Positions 26,460-34,419 of a DNA stretch of 34,419 nucleotides are shown here, piece by piece. The notes beneath the pieces are model-generated. The model was not told the origin of the DNA and ran no database searches. It worked only from the letters and a program-made list of their open reading frames with translations. The position numbers and the translations under genes are program-made. Every line of letters starts with the position of its first letter. Within the stretch, counting starts at the first letter, position 1. The stretch spans positions 1 to 34,419 of the forward strand of contig JAWOBU010000006.1 of NCBI GenBank assembly GCA_046484135.1, read 5' to 3'. The stretch comes from a bacterium (lineage in GTDB: Bacteria > RBG-13-61-14 > DATKZS01).

Positions 26460-27764
26460 ATGAAGAAACCGGAACTCTTACTGCTCCAACCCGCCCAGGA
26501 CAAGGACCGGCTGGGCTCGCGCAGGAGGCGCAAGTCGTCCATACCCAAACTGAACCTCCCGATACTCGCGGCCAGGGCCGGTCCCGAGTTCGACGTTAAA
26601 ATCATTGACGAGGCGGTTGACGACATTGACTTCAGCCACCGGCCCGACCTGGTCGGCATCTCCGTGATCACCCAGACCGCGCCCCGCGCTTATGAAATCG
26701 GAGACATCTATCGAAAGATGAAGGTCCCGGTGGTGGTGGGAGGGTTCCACGCGAGCTTTTTTCCCGATGAGGCCCTCGAACACGCTGACGCGGTGGTGAT
26801 GGGAGAGGGCGAGTACGCCTGGGACGAGCTGCTCGAAGACTTCCTGGCCGGCAGGATGAAAGAGCGTTACCAGTCGGACAAGCCGCACAACCTCGTCGGC
26901 CTGCCAAGACCCAGGCTGGAGCTGATGAGGAGGAGCGCCTACGGGTTGCCAAACGTGATCGAGACCGCGCGCGGGTGCCCGCACGCCTGCTCTTACTGCG
27001 CGGTGAGCCTGTTCTGGGGACGCAGGTTCCGCTTCCGGCCGGTGGAGGAGGTGGTGGACGAGATCAAGGCCATGCCTCCGGGCGAGCTGGCGTTCGTGGA
27101 CGACAACATCGCGGGCTCGCACAAGCGGGCGAAGAAGTTGTTCGAGGCGTTAATCCCGTTGAAGCGCAGGTGGTCGAGCCAGTCGGACATAAGGATCGGG
27201 GAGGACCCGGAGTTGCTCGATCTGGCGGCCAGGAGCGGGTGCAAGTGGCTGTTCATCGGGATCGAGAGCATAAAGCCCGAGAACCTGGCAAAGGTTGGCA
27301 AGAGCAAGGTCAACGTAGTGGAAAAATATCGGGAGTCAATCGCGAGGATTCAAAAGGCGGGCATAAGGGTGTTCGGGTCTTTCATCCTGGGGTTCGATGA
27401 CGATGACGAGTCGGTGTTTGAGAACACGGTGAAGTTCTGCCGCGAGACCAGGATGGAAGCGGCCAACTTCTACATCTACACGCCTCTGCCCTTTACACAG
27501 CTTTACCGGGACATGGAAGAGCAGAACAGGATACTCCACCGCGACTGGGGAAAGTACGACTGCAACCACGTGGTCCACCAGCCGGGCGGGATGTCAGCCG
27601 AAGAGCTGCTGGAGGGATATCTGAAAACATACAAGGCAATGTACAGCCCGCGGTCCATACTAAAGAGGGCGGCCCGGCCCAGGAAGGGCGCGCTCGAAAT
27701 CCTGGCTTTCAACCTGGCAAGGATGATCGGATACAAGCGGTTCGAAGAAGGATGCAGGATGTGA
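26460..27764 (+). CDS. B12-binding-domain radical SAM protein
   Basis: N-terminal DLVGIS, VVVGGFHAS and GEGE; RGCPHACSYC (CxxxCxxC), FVDDN, IGIES and YTPLPFT. Confidence 0.92.
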   Translation: MKKPELLLLQPAQDKDRLGSRRRRKSSIPKLNLPILAARAGPEFDVKIIDEAVDDIDFSHRPDLVGISVITQTAPRAYEIGDIYRKMKVPVVVGGFHASFFPDEALEHADAVVMGEGEYAWDELLEDFLAGRMKERYQSDKPHNLVGLPRPRLELMRRSAYGLPNVIETARGCPHACSYCAVSLFWGRRFRFRPVEEVVDEIKAMPPGELAFVDDNIAGSHKRAKKLFEALIPLKRRWSSQSDIRIGEDPELLDLAARSGCKWLFIGIESIKPENLAKVGKSKVNVVEKYRESIARIQKAGIRVFGSFILGFDDDDESVFENTVKFCRETRMEAANFYIYTPLPFTQLYRDMEEQNRILHRDWGKYDCNHVVHQPGGMSAEELLEGYLKTYKAMYSPRSILKRAARPRKGALEILAFNLARMIGYKRFEEGCRM

Positions 27765-27781
27765 ACGTGTCAAGCTATTAC

Positions 27782-27997
27782 TCACTTGCCCCGCACAACC
27801 CAGTACCCGTGCCAGACGACCAGCGCAGAGCAGGCAAGCGCCGCCTTGTAAAAATGAACCGTGGCAGCGAGGTCAATGAACCAGAGCGGAATCCATCCCA
27901 ATAAGCGGTCGGTGAGGAGCAGGCAGATTCCCGACGCCGCCATGATGAGTCCGCCCCACACGAGCGCCCAGTACTCGAACTTCTCTGTATGGTGATC
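27782..27997 (-). pseudogene. Fragment of a di-heme cytochrome b domain (FdnI/CbcL-type); absent from the ORF track
   Basis: Manual translation: TEKFEYWALVWGGLIMAASGICLLLTDRLLGWIPLWFIDLAATVHFYKAALACSALVVWHGYWVV. An in-frame TAA at 28000-27998 lies upstream and the N-terminal half is missing. Confidence 0.75.
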
Positions 27998-28154
27998 TTA
28001 TTGGAGCTCAGGAAAGTGATTTTGAAGGAGGCATAAAATCCATCAAGCTTGTTATTGTGGCAGGAAGGACCGGTGCTACTGCCCGGCCGCGTGGGGAAGC
28101 CCCCCCTTTTTAAAGTGCTGATATGAGTTATACTTGTTTGCAAAGGAGTCAGCG

Positions 28155-28256
28155 ATGCCGCGGGAGCGCATACTGGTAGTAGATGATGAAGAAGATATCC
28201 TTGAGCTGGTGAGGTACAATCTTGCCGGGCATGGCTTAAGAGAAATGACTTTTTAG
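28155..28256 (+). pseudogene. Truncated OmpR/PhoB-type response regulator receiver N-terminus
   Basis: RBS AAGGAG, then MPRERILVVDDEEDILELVRYNLAGHG and a stop after 33 codons, before the phosphoacceptor Asp. Confidence 0.8.
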
Positions 28257-28324
28257 GGGGGCATCAACTACTCGGAAATGAAAAAGCTTTCTGCGCCACA
28301 AAATGCGGAATCTAACCTTTTTGC

Positions 28325-28401
28325 TGGTCGGGGCGACTGGATTTGAACCAGCGACTTTCTGCTCCCAAAGCAGATGCGCTACCAGACTGCGCCACGCCCC
28401 G
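28325..28401 (-). tRNA. tRNA-Pro (anticodon TGG)
   Basis: Minus strand CGGGGCGTGGCGCAGTCTGGTAGCGCATCTGCTTTGGGAGCAGAAAGTCGCTGGTTCAAATCCAGTCGCCCCGACCA: 77 nt, anticodon arm TCTGC-TTTGGGA-GCAGA, TTCAAAT T-loop, encoded CCA. Confidence 0.97.
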
Positions 28402-28470
28402 ACAGGAAATCACCTTTTATTGATCATGTAAATCCAATGTTACAAACGCAACGTACAAACCGCACCTTCT

Positions 28471-28492
28471 TCGCGGCTAAAGCCGCTCGCAC
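28471..28492. repeat. REP-like palindromic repeat (third copy)
   Basis: TCGCGGCTAAAGCCGCTCGCAC is 20/22 identical to the copy at 10881. Confidence 0.75.
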
Positions 28493-28664
28493 ATGCGTCA
28501 TTACTTCCACAGAGAGCCGTAATTACGAAAATCTGCCGGTTATTTTGAAAGGATAGCATAGAGCAATTACAATATCAATATGATAGACGGCCGGTAAACG
28601 GCATGCCCGTCATGCATATCATGAGCTTTATTTTTCAAAACAACAAACCGTCGCGGCAGCTCCC

Positions 28665-29609
28665 ATGAAGCTTTCCACGGCACTTATCTTTTTCTTCTTA
28701 GTGTTTCAAAGCGCAGAGGATTGGTCCGTCTACGAGACCGAGCACTTCCGGGTATATTACAAGCCGGGTTCGGAGACCCTGCTTAAAAACATCGCGCCCC
28801 GCCTCGAGCCCGAGCTCTCGCGGATCAGTGAGCTTCTTGAAGCTTCGCCGCCGGGTCCCATAAAGCTGGTGATCGCGCCCGACCCGCGCTCCTTTATAGA
28901 GATGCAGGGAGGAGACATTTCGCCCTGGGTTTCGGGAAGGGCCTATCCCTCCCAGTCCACCATAATGGTGAGACCGTTGCGCGGCAGGGAAATACGCCAT
29001 TCTTCCATTAACGGGGTGATCTCGCACGAGATAGCCCACATCGTTCTCCATCACAAACAGGGCAAACACTCTCCTCCCAAGTGGGTGGACGAAGGGGTCG
29101 CCGTGTTCATGGGCTCGGAGCCGTTCTGGTCGCGGAGCGAGCGGTTGATGCCTATTGCGCTGACCGGCAAGTACATCCCTTTCCACTCTCTTCGACACTC
29201 CTTTCCCAGGGGCCCGGACGGCGCTTCCACCGCCTACGCCCAGTCCGGAAGCTTTGTTAACTTCCTTTATAACGAGTACGGCGCCGAGTCTTTCCTGGAG
29301 TTTTTGGAACGCCTGTCCGCGGGAGAAGACCATGACCAGGCCCTGCAAGCGTCCTTCCAACTCCCCCTTTCGCGGCTGGAAGACAAGTGGCTCAGCGAGG
29401 TCAAGAAATCATACTGGCTGGTGGCGGTCTTCTCCGGCGGCGGCCTTCTCTGGTTTTTCATCTCACTTTTATTTATTATCGCTTACCTGAAAAAGAAGAG
29501 ACAGACGCGGGAGCGAAGACGGCTTCTCGATGCCGGCGACACCGGCCATAACTACCAGGCCTCCCGCGAAAAGACATTTTCAGAAGACGAGGATTTCTAT
29601 TATCATTAG
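28665..29609 (+). CDS. Peptidase MA-like zinc metallohydrolase, exported, with C-terminal TM
   Basis: Signal peptide, ETEHFRVYY, HEIAH, PKWVDEGVA, AYAQS..FV.FL...YG, and a C-terminal TM with a basic tail. Confidence 0.88.
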   Translation: MKLSTALIFFFLVFQSAEDWSVYETEHFRVYYKPGSETLLKNIAPRLEPELSRISELLEASPPGPIKLVIAPDPRSFIEMQGGDISPWVSGRAYPSQSTIMVRPLRGREIRHSSINGVISHEIAHIVLHHKQGKHSPPKWVDEGVAVFMGSEPFWSRSERLMPIALTGKYIPFHSLRHSFPRGPDGASTAYAQSGSFVNFLYNEYGAESFLEFLERLSAGEDHDQALQASFQLPLSRLEDKWLSEVKKSYWLVAVFSGGGLLWFFISLLFIIAYLKKKRQTRERRRLLDAGDTGHNYQASREKTFSEDEDFYYH

Positions 29610-29641
29610 CCGCGTAATATATTGTAGCTAAGGAGGGGGGA

Positions 29642-30071
29642 ATGGCCGGCGAGATTTTTTACATGGTAAAGGCCGGCGAAGCCAAGAAGTTCAAGGCTGA
29701 CCCCGAGTCCATCTGGAAGCTGGACCGGGGAGAGGTCCCTCACGTGGACATAGGTCTCAAGGGTTTAGAGCTTGATGCGGCATTGTCCGACTTGTATCCT
29801 TCGGACTCGGTCATGTCGAGTGCCGTTATGGGCGGGACAGACATCGGCAACGAAAGCTGTCACATCCGATATCTTGCTCCCGCCCGGGTCAGGGAAATCG
29901 CGGCGGAGATAGCACGGGGTGGACATGGAAGAGCTTCACCGGTCTTTTTGTCGACTGAACGCCAGCGGGGACGAAGCCTTCGAGAGCTGCCGGGAATGTT
30001 TCCAGGACCTGGTCGAGCTGTTTCAGGAGGCGGCCCGCAAGAAGCTGGGCATTGTAAAAACGATCTACTGA
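29642..30071 (+). pseudogene. YfbM/DUF1877-like gene with a single +1 frameshift
   Basis: AVMGG.DIG....IRYLAPARVREIAAEI, then skipping one G in GGGG 29916-29919 gives VDMEELHRSF...FQDLVELFQEAARKKLGIVKTIY*. That stop at 30071 sits directly before the next gene's RBS. Confidence 0.72.
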
Positions 30072-30083
30072 AAGGAGGCGTCC

Positions 30084-30902
30084 TTGCAGCGCCGGGACTT
30101 TATACGCGGCTCCGCAGCCGGGTTTGCGGGCCTGGCCCTTCCCGGCCGGGCGGAGGCGGGCAAGACAGTGCCCCCTCACCGCTGGATTGACGCCGGGCTC
30201 TGCATAGGTTGCAGGCAATGCGTTCCTTTGTGTCCGGTGGGGGCCATCACCCTGGAAGCATTTTCTTCTATTGATCCGGACGAATGCACGGAGTGCGGCG
30301 TATGCTGGCGCTCCGGCGTCTGTCCGGTGGACGCTATTAAGCCGGGCGAGCTTACCTGGCCGCGGACCCTGCGGGCGGTCTTTTCCAACCCGCTTGCCGA
30401 GCACGAAGACACCGGCGTCGCAGGCCGGGGCACGGAAGGCATCAAGACCAACGACAGCACCGGCCGCTATGAACCCGGCTTTATGGGAGTGTTCGTGGAG
30501 CTGGGCCGTCCCTGCCTTGGAGCCCGCTTTCGAGAGGCCGAGACAGTCACCCGCAAGTTCGCAAAACACGGCTACCAGGTGGTCTCCGACAACCCGGTGG
30601 CCGGCCTGGTTAAAGACCCGGCCACCGGAGAGCTCGACCCGCGCGTCCTGGACGAAAAGTGCATATCAATACTTGTCGAGTTCATCATTGCGCAATCGGA
30701 CGCAGAACGGCTTATGAGCATACTTGACGAGCTCGGTAACGAGCTCGGGACCGTGTTCAACGTAAGCGTGGCCCTGCCGGCGGACGCGGACGGCGACACT
30801 CCTTTGAAAGAGGTGCTGGGCGAGGACGTACGCTCACTTCCGAACGGCAAGGTGAACATCGGGCTGGCCTCCGGTATAAAAACGGATGGACCGAAAGGAT
30901 AA
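30084..30902 (+). CDS. Tat-signal 2x[4Fe-4S] ferredoxin-domain protein with uncharacterised C-terminal domain
   Basis: QRRDFI Tat motif with AEA cleavage site; CIGCRQC...CP and CTECGVC.....CP; GRGTEGIKTND, ELGRP and EKCIS.LVEF; RBS aaggagg with TTG start. Confidence 0.85.
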   Translation: MQRRDFIRGSAAGFAGLALPGRAEAGKTVPPHRWIDAGLCIGCRQCVPLCPVGAITLEAFSSIDPDECTECGVCWRSGVCPVDAIKPGELTWPRTLRAVFSNPLAEHEDTGVAGRGTEGIKTNDSTGRYEPGFMGVFVELGRPCLGARFREAETVTRKFAKHGYQVVSDNPVAGLVKDPATGELDPRVLDEKCISILVEFIIAQSDAERLMSILDELGNELGTVFNVSVALPADADGDTPLKEVLGEDVRSLPNGKVNIGLASGIKTDGPKG

Positions 30903-30907
30903 AGGGC

Positions 30908-31618
30908 ATGTCCCATACTTCGCAACGACGGGGGCTGTCGCCGGATAAACCGGGACAAGAGATGATCGTGCTCGCTATGCTGCCGAGCTCCGCTAAGGAC
31001 AAGCCGGGCGCCAAAAGCGCCATGAGCGACCTGGCGGGCCGAATGATGGACCACGCTCCGGACAACTGGATCATCAAGAACGCCACTGAAATCCACGTGC
31101 CCGACCTGGGACCGGCCGAGGGACTGGCGCGCTTTCTGCACCAGCACTGGCCGGAGAAGACCGACCGGCTTCTCATGCGGGCCGCGGGCTACCTGTCCAC
31201 CGTAATTACCGCGCTTTACACCGACGTTAAAAACGTGGAGGAGCTTATAACTGAACTCAAGGGGGAATGGCTCGAGAACAATCGCGAGAAAGACCTTCCC
31301 GTCTCCATCGTGCTCTCCGGCCTTTTTAAAGACGTGCATGAATGCTGTCAAAAAACCGGGACCACCGAGCACACCTATCTTCACAGCCTCGGCTTTTACG
31401 GGAACGTGGCTGATCTGCCCGCGCCGGACGAGCTCGAAATCATCACCATGTGCGGGCACGGCCTTATCGCAACCAATCGCGTCCGGGACCTCGCCGGCAA
31501 GGTCCGGGCCGGCGCGATCAGCGCCCGCGAGGCAGCGCAGGACGTAGCCAGGCCATGCGTGTGCGGAATCGTTAACGTGGACCGGGCCGAAAAAATTTTC
31601 GAGTGCCTCGCCGGGTAG
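30908..31618 (+). CDS. Cys/His-rich hypothetical protein, partner of the upstream Fe-S protein
   Basis: Starts 5 bp after the upstream stop; SIVLSGL, ECC, HTYLHSLG, TMCGHG and CVCGIVN..RA motifs. Confidence 0.78.
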   Translation: MSHTSQRRGLSPDKPGQEMIVLAMLPSSAKDKPGAKSAMSDLAGRMMDHAPDNWIIKNATEIHVPDLGPAEGLARFLHQHWPEKTDRLLMRAAGYLSTVITALYTDVKNVEELITELKGEWLENNREKDLPVSIVLSGLFKDVHECCQKTGTTEHTYLHSLGFYGNVADLPAPDELEIITMCGHGLIATNRVRDLAGKVRAGAISAREAAQDVARPCVCGIVNVDRAEKIFECLAG

Positions 31619-31622
31619 AGAG

Positions 31623-33359
31623 ATGAGGCGCAAAAGACCGCCCGGCAAAAAAGTCGCAACCTCTTTTCCCCACGAAAGCGGAGCGTACAAGAAGCCCCAC
31701 GGCGGCAGGATCGCAGTCGCTCTTTGTTATCCCAACTCCTACGAGGTTGCCATGGGCAACCTGGGGTTCCACCAGGTCTGTCATCTTTTTAATTCGTTTT
31801 CGGAGATCGCATGCGAGCGGGCGACATGGGAGGGAACAGAAGTAAGGACCATCGAGTCGCGTTTTCCTATAAGCCGGTTCGAGATCATCGCCTTTTCCAT
31901 ATCCTACGAGCCGGACGTGATCAACATGGCAAGGATGCTTTGCCGGGCCGGCGTTCCGCTGGAGCCGGAGGAGCGGGAGAGGCGCAACTCCCCTCTCATC
32001 CTTGCCGGCGGAGTCCTGGCTTTTATGAACCCGGAGCCAATGGCGCCTTTTGCCGACCTGTTGGCCGTTGGTGAAGCAGAGGCCATACTTCCGCACTTCG
32101 TGGAAGCTTACTTGCAGAACAGAGGCACAGACCGGCGAGAGCTGTTGGCAAGGCTCGCCCGAACGCCGGGCGTTTACGTTCCCTCCCTCTACGTGGAGTC
32201 CTACGGCGAGGACGGCACCATAGAAAGAAAGACAAGCCAGGCAGACGCGCCCGAAAAGATCGAGCGATTGTTTCTGCCGCGTCTGGGCGACGACCCGGCG
32301 CAGACCCGCGTCTTTACCGAGCGGGCCGAGTTCTGCGACATGGCGCTTGTCGAGCTGGGCCGCGGGTGCATCCACTCCTGCCGCTTCTGCGCCGCTGCCC
32401 ATATCTACCGCCCGCCCCGGTTCACTCCAGCGGAAAGCATCGAGCGGGTTTTAGAAAGCGCTTGCCGGATGAGAAACAAAGCGGGCCTGGTCTCGGCGTC
32501 CGCAACCGACCATCCCGAGTTCGGACACATAAAAGAAGCAGTAAAAAAACACTCCATGTCCCATAGCGTGGCCAGTCTTCGGCTGGATCAGGTAAGCCCG
32601 GACCTGCTTTTCGAGATGAAGGAGTACGGACATAAGACGCTCACCGTCGCCCCTGAAGCGGCCACGGAGAGGCTCCGCCACGTAATCAACAAGCCGGTAA
32701 AAGAGAACACCGTCCGCGAAGCCATGCAAATGATCGGCGCTTCGGGAATACCGCGGCTCAAGCTCTACTTCCAGATCGGTCTGCCGGACGAGCATGAAGA
32801 AGACATAAAAGCCACGGGGCCTTTTTTAAAAAGCATACTGGAGGCACTTGCTCAAGGCTCTGGTAAAAGCAGGTGGCCGGGCCGAATCTCGATTTCCGTA
32901 AATCCGTTCGTGCCCAAGCCCGCTACTCCTTTCCAGTGGCACCCCATGGCCGAAGCCCGAGTTCTGCGGGAGAGGATCAAGGTTATGAAGCGGGCGGCGG
33001 CTGAAGCGGGCCGCGTTTCCTTTTCCGGCACCTCGGTCCGGGAGGCATGTTTACAGGCGGTGATAGCGCGGGGAGACCGGAGGATTGCTCGCACGATTGC
33101 AAGGTGCGCAGAAAGCGGAGCAAGCGCGGCCGGACCGTTGAACCAGGGCGACCGGGACGTGCCCGCCGGCCGCTTTTACTCGCACCGACTGCGCACCTTT
33201 GCCGAACACCTGCCGTGGGACTTTATTGATCACGGCGTAGACAAGAAGCTCCTCTGGAGGGAGTACGAAAGAGCGCTGGAAGGGAAAACCTCGCCGCCAT
33301 GCCGGCCGGGGGAATGCAAGCTATGCGACGCCTGCCGCCGGCAAAGAGACCTTCTTTAG
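31623..33359 (+). CDS. Radical SAM protein (TIGR03960-like, B12-fold N-terminus)
   Basis: YPNSYEVAMGNLG, NPEPMAPF.D, RGCIHSCRFC, TVAPEA..ERLR..INK, FVPKPATPFQW, LPWD, and C-terminal C-x4-CxxCxxC. Confidence 0.9.
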   Translation: MRRKRPPGKKVATSFPHESGAYKKPHGGRIAVALCYPNSYEVAMGNLGFHQVCHLFNSFSEIACERATWEGTEVRTIESRFPISRFEIIAFSISYEPDVINMARMLCRAGVPLEPEERERRNSPLILAGGVLAFMNPEPMAPFADLLAVGEAEAILPHFVEAYLQNRGTDRRELLARLARTPGVYVPSLYVESYGEDGTIERKTSQADAPEKIERLFLPRLGDDPAQTRVFTERAEFCDMALVELGRGCIHSCRFCAAAHIYRPPRFTPAESIERVLESACRMRNKAGLVSASATDHPEFGHIKEAVKKHSMSHSVASLRLDQVSPDLLFEMKEYGHKTLTVAPEAATERLRHVINKPVKENTVREAMQMIGASGIPRLKLYFQIGLPDEHEEDIKATGPFLKSILEALAQGSGKSRWPGRISISVNPFVPKPATPFQWHPMAEARVLRERIKVMKRAAAEAGRVSFSGTSVREACLQAVIARGDRRIARTIARCAESGASAAGPLNQGDRDVPAGRFYSHRLRTFAEHLPWDFIDHGVDKKLLWREYERALEGKTSPPCRPGECKLCDACRRQRDLL

Positions 33360-33471
33360 TAAAAGGCCTCTTGGAAAATTTTTGCTTCCGGTGGTGGCGG
33401 GAGTGGGCTCCCTGTCTGCCCTGTCTGCGTGCGGACAGGGAGTTCTTTCCCGCCAAATTGCAACAGTCTCT

Positions 33472-34419
33472 TCACTGTTTCTTTTCCACCATCTTCTCGA
33501 ACTCTTTTATTAAGTACGGCGCGAAGTCCTTGCCGTAGAAGTTCATGCAGGACTCGTAGCCGCCGGTCTCGTAGTCGTCCGGCATGATGATGTAGCCCCA
33601 GTAGTCGTTGGAATGGGTTACCGTGAACACCAGCCGCTGGGGGAAGAGCTTTTCGAGCTCCGCCTGGACCTCGTAGCCGAGCTCGCCGGGCGAAAAGAGG
33701 AGTAGGCTCCGGTTGAGCCCGAGCCCCATGATCCTTCCCTGTTCGCGGATCATGTCTTTTCCGAGCAGCTTTATGAGCGGGTTCAGGCCGTACCAGCAGG
33801 AGTAGTCCGGGTTCAGCTCGGCCTCCGGCATCGGGAAGGTATGGCTGTAAAGTCTCATCCGCACGCGTTCCACCGGCTCGACTTTGGCAAGGATTTCCTC
33901 CGCCCGGTCGGCAAGCTTCTCGCCGATGTACTCGACCTTTTGCCAGGACGACTCCATGTTTTCCACCCCCGGTCCCTGGTCGCCCAGGCCGGCGTTCATG
34001 TACATGGCCACTGCGCCGGGATGAACCTCTTCCAGCCGCGACTCGGCAACTCCGGTACATCCTCCGGAGGCCTTCATGGTTTTAGAAGGCATGATGGTCG
34101 GATGGATGGCATGGTTTACGATCATGGCCAGGAGCGGACCGCTTTTGTCCCATACTCCCAGCACGCGCATGTCGGGATCAGTGGGACCGCCCCGGTGTCG
34201 CCGGTTCTCGGAAACGCCGGGAGACTCGCCCCGCGCCGCGCCCAGAAGCGCCGGCTTACGAGAACCCTCCGCCTGCCGGAGCGCACTCTCCATGGAAGAA
34301 AGCACTATCTTCTCGGCCTCCGGCTCGTACCCGCCCATGACCGCGAGCTTGGCCAGAGTATTGTCCACGTAGCCGCCGAGGCTGTAATGAGTATGGGTGG
34401 CGGTTATTACCAGGAAGTC
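33472..34419 (-). CDS. Neutral/alkaline ceramidase-like hydrolase (5'-partial)
   Basis: Frame is open to the window end (DFLVITATHTHYSLGGY); NHAIHPT, NAGLGDQ, PGE, NDYWGYI and GGYE motifs. Confidence 0.82.
   Translation of the reverse strand, partial: DFLVITATHTHYSLGGYVDNTLAKLAVMGGYEPEAEKIVLSSMESALRQAEGSRKPALLGAARGESPGVSENRRHRGGPTDPDMRVLGVWDKSGPLLAMIVNHAIHPTIMPSKTMKASGGCTGVAESRLEEVHPGAVAMYMNAGLGDQGPGVENMESSWQKVEYIGEKLADRAEEILAKVEPVERVRMRLYSHTFPMPEAELNPDYSCWYGLNPLIKLLGKDMIREQGRIMGLGLNRSLLLFSPGELGYEVQAELEKLFPQRLVFTVTHSNDYWGYIIMPDDYETGGYESCMNFYGKDFAPYLIKEFEKMVEKKQ

Overview
GC-rich bacterial chromosome segment. Gene content suggests an anaerobic, probably deltaproteobacteria-like diderm, but the taxon cannot be fixed from sequence alone. 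Left part: a translationally coupled yebC-ruvC-ruvA-ruvB-(pentapeptide/Zn-ribbon/TM protein)-queH-(TPR-Ser/Thr kinase) run, then GNAT, mdh, a two-subunit class I fumarase, ykvA, and a minus-strand EF-G paralogue with a degenerate GTPase centre followed by a very acidic small protein. 14.1-16.5 kb is a decaying accessory patch. It holds a possible IS-associated remnant, a cytochrome P460-like pseudogene, a Spy/CpxP remnant and a thiolase pseudogene. It also keeps an intact SHOCT + exported superoxide-reductase-like protein + unannotated 59-aa two-His membrane protein module, the best candidate for a novel system. Next come acyl-CoA dehydrogenase, tandem SCP2, an SLH-like secreted protein, an orphan Wzc with a PATAN/DUF4388-like insertion, an RluA-family synthase, an HTH-TM-sulfatase-TPR protein and MaoC. 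25.9-28.3 kb looks like an eroded island at the 3' end of tRNA-Pro(TGG), with SNF2, cytochrome b and response-regulator fragments around a B12 radical SAM gene. Right part: peptidase MA, a frameshifted YfbM-like gene, a Tat-exported 2x[4Fe-4S] protein with a Cys/His-rich partner, a radical SAM protein and a partial ceramidase-like gene. Three REP-like palindromes are present. No CRISPR array, rRNA or intact transposase/integrase was seen. Family calls come from motif recognition only; no searches were run.
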